A DNA stretch of 64,000 nt. Origin: a virus. The notes beneath the pieces were generated by a model that was not told where the DNA came from, ran no database searches, and worked only from the letters and a program-made list of their open reading frames with translations. Positions 50,145 to 59,039 of this stretch are shown here, piece by piece. Each line of letters starts with the position of its first letter. Within the stretch, counting starts at the first letter, position 1. The position numbers and the translations under genes were made by a program. Location: the IMG/VR virus record IMGVR_UViG_3300013233_000109, positions 8,895 to 72,894 of that record. One strand, written 5' to 3'.

Positions 50145-51854
50145 ATGGCTAGTAAAAGCAAAACCGGGTGGAAAAAGTATTTCAAAGTAGCAAACTCCGC
50201 AGGGACAATGAGCCCAATTAGTGGATCACTGCAGCAAAACAGCGCAACATTTCGCAATTATCAAAGTAATCTGCCAGAAGTATACACCGGTCACCCAAAC
50301 CGCCTCGAACGATATAACCAATACGAGACAATGGATATTGATAGTGAGATTAATGCTTGTCTAGATATTATTGCTGAATTTAGTACGCAAATAAACGAAC
50401 AAAACAATACAGCATTTGATATAACATATAACGAAAAAGCCTCAGACAACGAAATAAAAATTCTAACCGATAACCTAAAACAATGGGTCAAATTAAATCA
50501 ATTTGACAAAAGAATGTTTAAATTATTCCGTAATACAATTAAATACGGTGATCAAGTATTCATACGCGACCCGGAAACATTCGAATTAAGCTGGGTAGAA
50601 ACTAATAAAATAATACGTGTGATTGTAAACGAAAGCGAAGGCAAAAAACCTGAGCAATATATTGTTCAGGACATTAATCCAAATTTCGAAAATCTAACAG
50701 TAGCAGCAAAAACAACAAGTGATTTCCAAAGTAACCCAGTAGGTGGTGGTTATACAGCTCCACAAACTATATCACAAACAGGCGGTGGTGAACAAGGTGG
50801 ATCACGTTTCACAGCCGGTCCAACAGAATCGTGTATTGACGCCGAGCATATTATTCATTTAAGTTTAACCGAAGGACTAGATTATCACTGGCCGTTTGGA
50901 CAATCGATATTAGAAAACATATTTAAAGTATATAAACAAAAGGAATTACTCGAAGACGCTATTCTAATATATCGTATACAGAGAGCACCAGAGCGTAGAG
51001 TGTTCTATATAGACACAGGAAATATGCCAAGTCATTTAGCGATGGGGTTTGTTGAGCGTGTTAAAAATGAGATATACCAGCGTAGGATACCGTCACAAAG
51101 CGGTGGGCAGAACGCAATGGATGCTAGTTACAATCCAATTTCAATGAACGAAGACTATTTTTTTCCCCAGAACGCAGACGGAAGAGGCAGTAAAGTAGAC
51201 GTATTACCGGGTGGACAAAACCTATCCGAGATTGATGATCTACGTTATTTCAACAACAAAATGGCACGTGGACTACGTGTGCCAAGTAGTTATCTACCTA
51301 GCGGACCAGATGACAGTGCTGATTCAAGCAGCCATGGTGATGGACGCTTAGGGACAGCACTAATACAAGAATTTAGATTCAATCAGTACTGTGAACGTTT
51401 ACAAAATCACATTATAACTAATTTAAATGAAGAATTTAAGATGTTCTTACGTTGGAGAGGATATAATATAGATGCTAGTATATTCGATTTAGCATTCAAC
51501 AAGCCGCAGAACTTCGCAAGTTACAGACAATCAGAGTTAGATACAGCACGTATTGGTAATTTCGGTAGTGTAGCAGAAGTGCCGTATTTGTCTAAACGTT
51601 TTGCGTTACAGCGTTTTATGGGACTAACAGAGGCAGAAATGTTGGAAAATGAGGAATTGTGGAGAGCAGAAAATCTCGAGCAAGATGCTACAGAAGCAGC
51701 AGGAGCCGATATGCGCAGTGTAGGCGCAGGCCCAGGGGATTTCGCAGCAGATGCCGAAACAATGGATGATTTTGATGCGGATGATTTAGATGACGAGATG
51801 GAAGATTTCGATGCTGACATTCCCGGACCAGTAGATGACGCAGAGGAATCATAA
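50145..51854 (+). CDS. gp20: Portal vertex protein
   Basis: LLEDAILIYRIQRAPERRVFYIDTGNMP, EDYFFP, GRGSKVDVLPGGQNL. Confidence 0.96.
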   Translation: MASKSKTGWKKYFKVANSAGTMSPISGSLQQNSATFRNYQSNLPEVYTGHPNRLERYNQYETMDIDSEINACLDIIAEFSTQINEQNNTAFDITYNEKASDNEIKILTDNLKQWVKLNQFDKRMFKLFRNTIKYGDQVFIRDPETFELSWVETNKIIRVIVNESEGKKPEQYIVQDINPNFENLTVAAKTTSDFQSNPVGGGYTAPQTISQTGGGEQGGSRFTAGPTESCIDAEHIIHLSLTEGLDYHWPFGQSILENIFKVYKQKELLEDAILIYRIQRAPERRVFYIDTGNMPSHLAMGFVERVKNEIYQRRIPSQSGGQNAMDASYNPISMNEDYFFPQNADGRGSKVDVLPGGQNLSEIDDLRYFNNKMARGLRVPSSYLPSGPDDSADSSSHGDGRLGTALIQEFRFNQYCERLQNHIITNLNEEFKMFLRWRGYNIDASIFDLAFNKPQNFASYRQSELDTARIGNFGSVAEVPYLSKRFALQRFMGLTEAEMLENEELWRAENLEQDATEAAGADMRSVGAGPGDFAADAETMDDFDADDLDDEMEDFDADIPGPVDDAEES

Positions 51855-51862
51855 ATAATACT

Positions 51863-52108
51863 ATGAACGATTTAACTAATTTAAAAAAGAATGCAGGAAT
51901 AACAGAATCAAACGTAGATTTAAATCCTATTGTAGCAATTATACCAAACGGTAACGGACATGCAGACACTGGATTACCGTTAGATGGAAAGACTCCATTG
52001 TATTTAATGCGAGATAGCGATGTAAACGGGTTAATTATTTCAACTGACCCGATTACGCCTGAATTGCAATCTAGATTAATTAAACAACATAGTAAGTGGC
52101 AGAGATAA
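51863..52108 (+). CDS. Small late protein, possible internal head protein
   Basis: CATAAATA 5 nt before the ATG; LKKNAGITE motif. Confidence 0.65.
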   Translation: MNDLTNLKKNAGITESNVDLNPIVAIIPNGNGHADTGLPLDGKTPLYLMRDSDVNGLIISTDPITPELQSRLIKQHSKWQR

Positions 52109-52332
52109 TGATACTCACAGAATTATTTGACCCTGCTATTGAGGGCTATCAGTCAACAGATGACGATAACAGTCAGCAACAATCTTACAACATGAGAAAA
52201 ACACGATTGACATTAATGCAGCTTAATAAGATGCGCAATATCAATGACGTGCGAAACTATGAAATGAAAGTAAAGTTAAAATCAATCCAAGCACAATACG
52301 GCGCACAAGCAGAAAGCGACGAGCCATTCTAG
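52108..52332 (+). CDS. Small head-module protein
   Basis: MILTELF start overlapping the upstream stop; RKTRLTL..LNKMR...QYG; lies between portal and prohead core genes. Confidence 0.7.
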   Translation: MILTELFDPAIEGYQSTDDDNSQQQSYNMRKTRLTLMQLNKMRNINDVRNYEMKVKLKSIQAQYGAQAESDEPF

Positions 52333-52450
52333 AATCCCTCTAAAAAACCCTTTATTGGCCTTTTTTCGTTATAAAAACCCACTATAATAGTGTAACCTGT
52401 TAAATAAGACTATAACAAGTTATAACACACTAAATTTAGGAGATGGTTAA

Positions 52451-53284
52451 ATGAACAAGTTTGAGAAATTAATTGAATACGTCATTAATGACGAAACAGC
52501 AAAAGCGGAAGAATTATTCCATGATATCGTAGTTGAGAAATCACGCGGTATTTACGAAGGTCTTATGGATATGGAAGAGATGGGTGGCGATGCTGCTGAT
52601 TCATACCAGTCAGATATTTCAGCAGACGAAATTGGCGAAGGCGAAGATGATATGGAAATGTCAGCAGAACCAGAAATGGGCGACGAATACGCAGATGACG
52701 AAATGTCAATGGACGGTGACGTATCAGATGAAAACATTGAAGATCGTGTTGTAGACTTAGAAGACAAGTTAGACGATTTAATGGCTGAATTCAACGAGAT
52801 TATCGGCGGTGACGAAATGTCAGCAGAACCAGAAATGGCAATGGGCGACGAGTATGCAGATGACGAAATGTCAATGGAACCTGAGATGGAACCACAATAC
52901 GAGTCAGCAGACGAAGAATGTGATGATGATGCTGAAGAAGTTACAGAAGAAGACGAAATTGATGAAGCTAACGAACTAGATGAAAACGTTTCTTTAACTA
53001 AAGTAACTAAAGGTATTTCTAATAGCTCCGAAGCCGAAGGCACTAACAAAACATCAGTTAATGCTAACAACAGCGGTGCTAAAAATTCATCAGCTAAACC
53101 AGTTACTACCGGCACAAAACCAGCAAATGGCCAACCAACACCATCATACACAGCTGGAACTTCAACTACAGAGCCAAATGAATCAAAGGTTAAAGAACCT
53201 AAGAAGAAAGGTGAAGAAGGCGCTACTAATAAGAAAAGCGTAATCGAAGGCAAGCAACGTAAAACACGTAAGCGTAAAGTTTAA
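52451..53284 (+). CDS. Highly acidic prohead core/internal scaffold protein
   Basis: AGGAG RBS; D/E-rich; sits immediately before the protease gene, like T4 gp67/gp68. Confidence 0.75.
   Translation: MNKFEKLIEYVINDETAKAEELFHDIVVEKSRGIYEGLMDMEEMGGDAADSYQSDISADEIGEGEDDMEMSAEPEMGDEYADDEMSMDGDVSDENIEDRVVDLEDKLDDLMAEFNEIIGGDEMSAEPEMAMGDEYADDEMSMEPEMEPQYESADEECDDDAEEVTEEDEIDEANELDENVSLTKVTKGISNSSEAEGTNKTSVNANNSGAKNSSAKPVTTGTKPANGQPTPSYTAGTSTTEPNESKVKEPKKKGEEGATNKKSVIEGKQRKTRKRKV
52656..52878 (+). repeat. Intragenic duplicated segment EMSAEPEM(AM)GDEYADDEMSM
   Basis: Two near-identical copies at about 52656-52711 and 52815-52876. Confidence 0.85.
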
Positions 53285-53295
53285 CGGTAACTGCT

Positions 53296-53931
53296 ATGAG
53301 TTATTTGAAAGAGAACCTATCATTTGATGCTGCTAAGATTGTCTTAGAATCAGATGGCGATGGTGGCAAAGATTTATACATGAAAGGTATTTTCATCCAA
53401 GGGGATGTTAAAAATGCTAATCAACGTGTATATCCAGTCAATGAAATCAAATCAGCAGTCGCAACACTAAACGAGCAAATCAAAGGTGACTATTCCGTGT
53501 TAGGCGAAATAGATCACCCAGACGATTTAAAAATCAACCTAGACAGAGTATCGCATCTAATCACAGAAATGTGGATGGACGGTGCTAATGGCTACGGTAA
53601 ATTAAAACTACTACCGACACCAATGGGCGAAACAGTTAAGGCTATGCTAACAGCAGGCGTTAAATTGGGCGTTTCATCTAGAGGCAGCGGCAACGTAAAT
53701 GAATCTAACGGTTATGTTAGTGAATTTGAAATCGTCACAGTAGATATCGTTGCTCAACCAAGCGCACCCGGCGCATATCCAGAAGCTATATACGAATCTT
53801 TAATGAATGTTAAAGGTGGGTATAAGGCATTAGGAATTGCTAAGGAAGTGAGTGAAGATATACGTGCTCAAAGATATTTAAAGTCAGAATTAATTAATGT
53901 AATTAATAGACTAAAATGGGATAAAAGCTAA
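53296..53931 (+). CDS. gp21: Prohead protease
   Basis: GIFIQG..KN.NQRVYP, LGEIDHP, GVSSRGSG, DIVAQPSAPGAY. Confidence 0.96.
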   Translation: MSYLKENLSFDAAKIVLESDGDGGKDLYMKGIFIQGDVKNANQRVYPVNEIKSAVATLNEQIKGDYSVLGEIDHPDDLKINLDRVSHLITEMWMDGANGYGKLKLLPTPMGETVKAMLTAGVKLGVSSRGSGNVNESNGYVSEFEIVTVDIVAQPSAPGAYPEAIYESLMNVKGGYKALGIAKEVSEDIRAQRYLKSELINVINRLKWDKS

Positions 53932-54006
53932 ACACTAGCTTAAAGATTTTGCCGCAAGGTGAAAATGCTTATTGAAAAATAAGTTATATTATAGGAGATA
54001 AACATT

Positions 54007-55101
54007 ATGTTAGACGCGATTAAACAGTTGCTAGATAACAATGTCATTAACGAAGATACTTCAGTTGAGATCAACGAAGCTTGGGAAAGTAAACTTTCCG
54101 AAGCAAAAGTTGAACTTAAAGCAGAACTAAGAGAAGAGTTCGCAATGAAGTACGAGCATGACAAAACAACAATGGTTGAAGCTCTTGACAAAATGGTAAC
54201 TGAAGGTTTAAACCACGAGATTAAAGAATTTGCTGAAGAGAAACAAAATTTAGCAGAAGATCGCGTTAAGTTTAAAAAGCAAATGAATGAAAATTCAACA
54301 AAATTTAATCACTTCATGACAGCTAAGCTAGCTGAAGAGATTAAAGAATTGCGCAAAGACCGTCAGATCCAAAATGAAGGCATGGAAAAATTAGAATCTT
54401 TCATTGCTAAACAACTAGCTAAAGAAATTAACGAATTCGCAGAAGATAAACGCGATATTGTTGAAACTAAGGTTAAGTTAGTAGCAGAAGCAAATAGTCA
54501 ATTAACTAAGTTAAAAGATCGTTTTGTTGCTGAAAGTTCTAAGAAAGTTCAAGCTCACATTAATGTTAAGCTGAAAGAAGAATTAACATCTTTGAATGAA
54601 GATATTAAAGCAGCTCGTCAAAATAGTTTCGGACGTCAAATTTTTGAAGCATTTAGCTCAGAATTTACAAATACGCATTTGAATGAAAATGCTATTATCC
54701 GTAACTTAAAAGGCAAGCTACAAAAGCAAGCTAAAACTATTAAAGAATCGAGAGTTACTGAAGCTAAACTAACAGTATTAGCAGAAAGTAAGAATAAAGA
54801 AATCCAACGTATTAAAGATACTAACACACGCAGCGAAACATTAACTGACTTGTTAAGCCCTTTAAACGAAGATAAAGCAAAAATCATGAATAGCTTATTA
54901 GAAAGTGTGCAAACTTCACGTTTACAAAATACTTTTGAAAAGTACTTGCCATCTGTTATGGCTAACGATACAAAAGCTAAGCCAAAAGCTAAGCTAACTG
55001 AATCAGTTAGACGCACATCAGAAGGTAATAAGACTGCCAAGCCACAAAACACTGATACAACAAATATTGTTGATATTAAGAAATTGGCAGGGCTTAAATA
55101 A
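54007..55101 (+). CDS. gp22: Prohead core scaffolding protein
   Basis: Coiled-coil E/K-rich protein between protease and capsid genes; GR.IFEAF motif. Confidence 0.88.
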   Translation: MLDAIKQLLDNNVINEDTSVEINEAWESKLSEAKVELKAELREEFAMKYEHDKTTMVEALDKMVTEGLNHEIKEFAEEKQNLAEDRVKFKKQMNENSTKFNHFMTAKLAEEIKELRKDRQIQNEGMEKLESFIAKQLAKEINEFAEDKRDIVETKVKLVAEANSQLTKLKDRFVAESSKKVQAHINVKLKEELTSLNEDIKAARQNSFGRQIFEAFSSEFTNTHLNENAIIRNLKGKLQKQAKTIKESRVTEAKLTVLAESKNKEIQRIKDTNTRSETLTDLLSPLNEDKAKIMNSLLESVQTSRLQNTFEKYLPSVMANDTKAKPKAKLTESVRRTSEGNKTAKPQNTDTTNIVDIKKLAGLK

Positions 55102-55128
55102 ACAGTTGAAATTAAGGAGACAAATAAA

Positions 55129-56319
55129 ATGTCACAACAACTATTAGAAGGCCGTTGGGATGAAACTAAAGAAGCCCTACTTGAAGGCTTAAACGGTAAC
55201 AAACGAACAACAATGAGCGTAGTACTTGAAAATACTCGTTCTCACTTAGCTGAAGCAGCTTCAATCGGCGCAACACAAGCAGGTAACATTGCTACACTTA
55301 ATCGTGTAATTCTTCCTGTAATCAGACGTGTTATGCCAACTGTTATTGCTAACGAATTAGTAGGTGTACAACCAATGCAAGGACCTGTTAGCCAGATCCA
55401 TACACTACGCGTTCGTTACGGAGATAACGTTACTGATACTTCAGCAGCAGCTACTCCAACAGCAGCAGGCGATGAAGCACTATCACCATTTAAAATTGCT
55501 ACAGCATATTCTGCTGGTAATGGCGCTACACAAGCCGATTACAGAGCAGCAGCTACAGCTGGAATGGAAGGCACAGGCGGTCGTACTATTTCTGTTCAAT
55601 TATTGAAACAAGCAGTTGAAGCTAAGACACGTAAATTACAAGCTCGCTGGACTTTTGAAGCAGCACAAGATGCTAACTCTATGCACGGCATCGATGTTGA
55701 AGCTGAAATTATGGCAGCTTTAGCTCAAGAAATTACAGCTGAAATTGATCAAGAGATTCTTTTATCTTTACGCTCACTAGCATCTACTGAAGAAGCTTAT
55801 GACCAATCAGCAGTATCTGGTACAGCTACTTTTGTTGGCGACGAACACGCAGCACTTGCTGTTCTTGTTAATCGTGTTGCTAACAAAATTGCTACACGTA
55901 CACGTCGTGGCGCTGGTAACTACGCTGTAGTTAGCCCACAGGCACTTACAGTTCTACAATCTGCTACTACTTCAGCTTTTGCTCGTACTACAGAAGGTAC
56001 TTTTGAAGCTCCTACTAACACTAAGTTTGTTGGTACTTTGAACTCTGCAATGAAAGTTTATGTTGACTCTTACGCATCTGATAATACTCCTGTATTAGTA
56101 GGATATAAAGGCTCTTCTGAGGCTGACGCAGCTGCATTTTACTGCCCATACATTCCTTTGATGTCAAGCGGTACTGTACTTGATCCTCAGACGTTTGAAC
56201 CAGTTGTTAGCTTTATGACGCGTTATGGATATGTCGAATTGACTAATACTGCTAGTTCTTTTGGTAACGCCGGCGATTATTTAGGTGAGATCTCAATGGC
56301 TAACTTGTCTTTCTCATAA
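55129..56319 (+). CDS. gp23: Major capsid protein
   Basis: RRVMP..IA.ELVGVQPM.GP, AKTRKL.A.WT.E.AQD, EITAEIDQE, FYCPYIPL, FMTRYG. Confidence 0.97.
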   Translation: MSQQLLEGRWDETKEALLEGLNGNKRTTMSVVLENTRSHLAEAASIGATQAGNIATLNRVILPVIRRVMPTVIANELVGVQPMQGPVSQIHTLRVRYGDNVTDTSAAATPTAAGDEALSPFKIATAYSAGNGATQADYRAAATAGMEGTGGRTISVQLLKQAVEAKTRKLQARWTFEAAQDANSMHGIDVEAEIMAALAQEITAEIDQEILLSLRSLASTEEAYDQSAVSGTATFVGDEHAALAVLVNRVANKIATRTRRGAGNYAVVSPQALTVLQSATTSAFARTTEGTFEAPTNTKFVGTLNSAMKVYVDSYASDNTPVLVGYKGSSEADAAAFYCPYIPLMSSGTVLDPQTFEPVVSFMTRYGYVELTNTASSFGNAGDYLGEISMANLSFS

Positions 56320-56344
56320 GTTATAAACTTACAAGAAAAACACT

Positions 56345-56400
56345 TTAACTAGTGAACTTAAAAATACACTCTTCGGAGTGTATTTTTTTGACTAGACATT
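56345..56400 (+). repeat. 56-bp direct repeat, copy A (contains terminator and -35 element)
   Basis: Matches 57190-57245 with one mismatch. Confidence 0.95.
56360..56389 (+). terminator. Rho-independent terminator after the major capsid gene
   Basis: AAAAATACACTC-TTCG-GAGTGTATTTTTTT (cUUCGg loop, U tail). Confidence 0.92.
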
Positions 56401-56455
56401 TAGTATAACGTATGCTATAATTTACAATGTAGAGCTATCAAACATAAATACTATT

Positions 56456-57193
56456 ATGAATTATAAAAGAATATACTATACTATAACAACGAATGCTGTG
56501 GATCGTAAAATTGAATCATATACAGAACGCCATCACATTGTGCCTAAAAGTCTAGGTGGATCAAACGACGTTAGCAACCTAGTAAATCTCACAGCACGTG
56601 AACACTTTATATGCCATTGGTTATTAACTAAGATGCACACAGGTAAAGATCACCACAAAATGCTTAATGCATTGCGAATGATGCGTGCTGAAAAGAAAGG
56701 TCAAATGCGATATAACACAAAGATTACAAGTAGAGTGTATGAAAACTTAAAAATAGAATACAGCGAATTACAGAGTAAGCGATTTAGCGGTGAAGGAAAT
56801 GGCTTTTATAATCATAGTCACACACCCGAAGCCATTCAGAAAATTAAGGATGCTAATACAGGAAGAATACAACCTACTGCTGAAAAAGAACGTCAAATTG
56901 CAGCTCAAACAGGTCGTACAAGGGCGCCGTTTAGTAACGAATGGAAGGCAAATTTATCTAATAATCATAAGAGTAAACAACCTAGTTTCGACGGAACATT
57001 AAGCGAGCTAACTAAAAAGAAGATAGGCGATAAACTTAGAGGTTCCACACGAGACCCGGCAGTAGTTGCGCTAGTAGCAGAGAAGCTCAAAGGCAAAAAG
57101 CGCAAGAAAAAGTTATGTCCGCATTGTAACAAAGAAATAGCAGTAAACACATACCCGCGATGGCACGGAGATAATTGTAAGCAAAAGAATTAA
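56456..57193 (+). CDS. HNH homing endonuclease with NUMOD3-like repeats
   Basis: ERHHIVPKSLGGSND..NLV.LTAREHFICH.LL; N.FY..SHT.E...KI repeats; C-terminal CPHC...H..NCK. Confidence 0.92.
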   Translation: MNYKRIYYTITTNAVDRKIESYTERHHIVPKSLGGSNDVSNLVNLTAREHFICHWLLTKMHTGKDHHKMLNALRMMRAEKKGQMRYNTKITSRVYENLKIEYSELQSKRFSGEGNGFYNHSHTPEAIQKIKDANTGRIQPTAEKERQIAAQTGRTRAPFSNEWKANLSNNHKSKQPSFDGTLSELTKKKIGDKLRGSTRDPAVVALVAEKLKGKKRKKKLCPHCNKEIAVNTYPRWHGDNCKQKN

Positions 57194-57245
57194 CTAGTGA
57201 ACGTAAAAATACACTCTTCGGAGTGTATTTTTTTGACTAGACATT
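57190..57245 (+). repeat. 56-bp direct repeat, copy B (duplicate terminator)
   Basis: Matches 56345-56400. Confidence 0.95.
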
Positions 57246-57275
57246 CTGATTGCAATATGTTATAATTATGTTTAA
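57236..57275 (+). repeat. 40-bp direct repeat, copy A (sigma70 promoter TAGACA-N17-TATAAT)
   Basis: Identical to 60665-60704. Confidence 0.95.
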
Positions 57276-57293
57276 CAAAGGTAAATACAGTAT

Positions 57294-59039
57294 ATGAATG
57301 AACTAACAGAATTACTTGCTAAGTATAATTCGAAAAATTATACAACATTAATAAAAAACCGCCCTGCATTATTATCATTTCTAACTGACAAATACGGAAC
57401 AGATATGCTAATACCGGAAATGTTATGGTGTTACACTACAAGCCAATCGCCTACTATGTGCCATTGCGGGAATAAAGCTAAATTTAACACATTTAATAAA
57501 GGATATAGGAAAGTATGCTCCCCGGGATGCAAAGGAGCGCATCACACAAACAAGATGACGGAATTCTGGAATAACAATCCCGAAGTAAAAGTAACAATGC
57601 AAGCAGCAAAAGAAAAAACAAATTTAGAAAAATACGGAAATAAAAATGCAGCATTAAATGAAACTGTTAAAGCAAAAACAAAAGCAACAAATCTAAAACG
57701 CTACGGTGCCGAAACTCCGCTAGCATCTAAAATAGTTCAAGCAAAAATTAAAGATACTACGCGAGACAAATACGGTGTTGACTATCCGTTCCAGTCTCTA
57801 GCAATAATTAAAAAAGGGCACAATACTACTACAGAGCGGTATGGCGGATTAATGACACAAGCAAGAAAGGCATCGTACGAAAAATACGGTGGTATTAATC
57901 CGTTTGCTAGTGACGAAGTTAAAGCTAAAAAAGTGTTAACAATGCAACGTAAGTACAATCGAACTCACGCACTACAATCACATTTGTCGCAAGAAATAAT
58001 CAAAATACTAGAAAATAAGAATTTGTTTATTAATAAAATTAAAGGGCTAACTATAGCAGAAGCAGCAGTTAGCATTAATGTAAACGAAGCTACAATAGCA
58101 CGCAGAGCATTGCAGCACGATTGCAAGGATCAATTTGCTAAATCATCAAGGAGTAAATGGGAATATAAATTAACAGCATTCTTATTATCGCTAGGGTTAG
58201 AGGAAAATATTGATTTTGTAAGAGGTGATAGGAAAATATTAAACGGTAAAGAACTAGATTTCTATTTCCCTGTATTAAACGTAGCAATTGAAGTAGGCAG
58301 TTTATTTTGGCATAGTGAGCTAAACGCGGGTCGGACACGGCAGTATCATTATAATAAGTGGAATGATTGTAAAGAAAAAGGAATAACACTTATACAGTAC
58401 TGGGATAACGAGATGTTAGCGCACTGGAATGTTATCGAGAGCAAAATTAGATATTTAGTAAAGCAAGTTAATAACCGGGTAGGAGCAAGAAAAATATCAA
58501 AAATTAAAACTGTTGATGCTGCAACACAAAAAATGTTCTTAAATGCAAACCATATTCAAGGCCAGACAAATGGTAGTAGTTTGTCATTAGGGGCATATCT
58601 AGGAGATGAATTAGTTGCTGTTATGTTGTTTGTTAAGAGAAAGAATGGTACAGAAATAACACGCTATGCAACTTTGCTAGACACAGTATATTCGGGATTA
58701 TTTTCAAAAATGCTTAAAAAAGGTATCAGTGAATTAAATCTAGCGCCAGGGACAAAAATAATATCATATAGCGATAACCGGCATAGTAACGGTAATGTAT
58801 ACAGTGTGAATAAATTTACACAAATAAACACGCCAAGATCGGCGTATTGGTATACTAGCAATTATCATTCTTTGGAAAATCAAAAAAAGTTCTCTAAATC
58901 AAAAATAGCCAGTAAGTTCGATTTTGATATGTCAAATAAGACAGAGTGGGAAGCAATGCAAGAGTTAGGATATGATAGAGTATGGGACGCCGGTAAGATT
59001 AAATGGGAAATGATAGTTGGACTGTTAAATTCCTTTTAG
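57294..59039 (+). CDS. Putative homing endonuclease: KYG repeats, PD-(D/E)xK-like nuclease and C-terminal domain
   Basis: TNLEKYG-type repeats, KELDFY...AIEV.S.FWH, K...C...GITLI..W, ARK...HIQG...YSDNR...RVWDAG. Confidence 0.75.
   Translation: MNELTELLAKYNSKNYTTLIKNRPALLSFLTDKYGTDMLIPEMLWCYTTSQSPTMCHCGNKAKFNTFNKGYRKVCSPGCKGAHHTNKMTEFWNNNPEVKVTMQAAKEKTNLEKYGNKNAALNETVKAKTKATNLKRYGAETPLASKIVQAKIKDTTRDKYGVDYPFQSLAIIKKGHNTTTERYGGLMTQARKASYEKYGGINPFASDEVKAKKVLTMQRKYNRTHALQSHLSQEIIKILENKNLFINKIKGLTIAEAAVSINVNEATIARRALQHDCKDQFAKSSRSKWEYKLTAFLLSLGLEENIDFVRGDRKILNGKELDFYFPVLNVAIEVGSLFWHSELNAGRTRQYHYNKWNDCKEKGITLIQYWDNEMLAHWNVIESKIRYLVKQVNNRVGARKISKIKTVDAATQKMFLNANHIQGQTNGSSLSLGAYLGDELVAVMLFVKRKNGTEITRYATLLDTVYSGLFSKMLKKGISELNLAPGTKIISYSDNRHSNGNVYSVNKFTQINTPRSAYWYTSNYHSLENQKKFSKSKIASKFDFDMSNKTEWEAMQELGYDRVWDAGKIKWEMIVGLLNSF

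Noticed and set aside
52552-55202. Long minus-strand ORFs (233 aa and 188 aa)
   Set aside because: Ser/Leu/Phe-rich antisense shadows of the acidic core and scaffold genes
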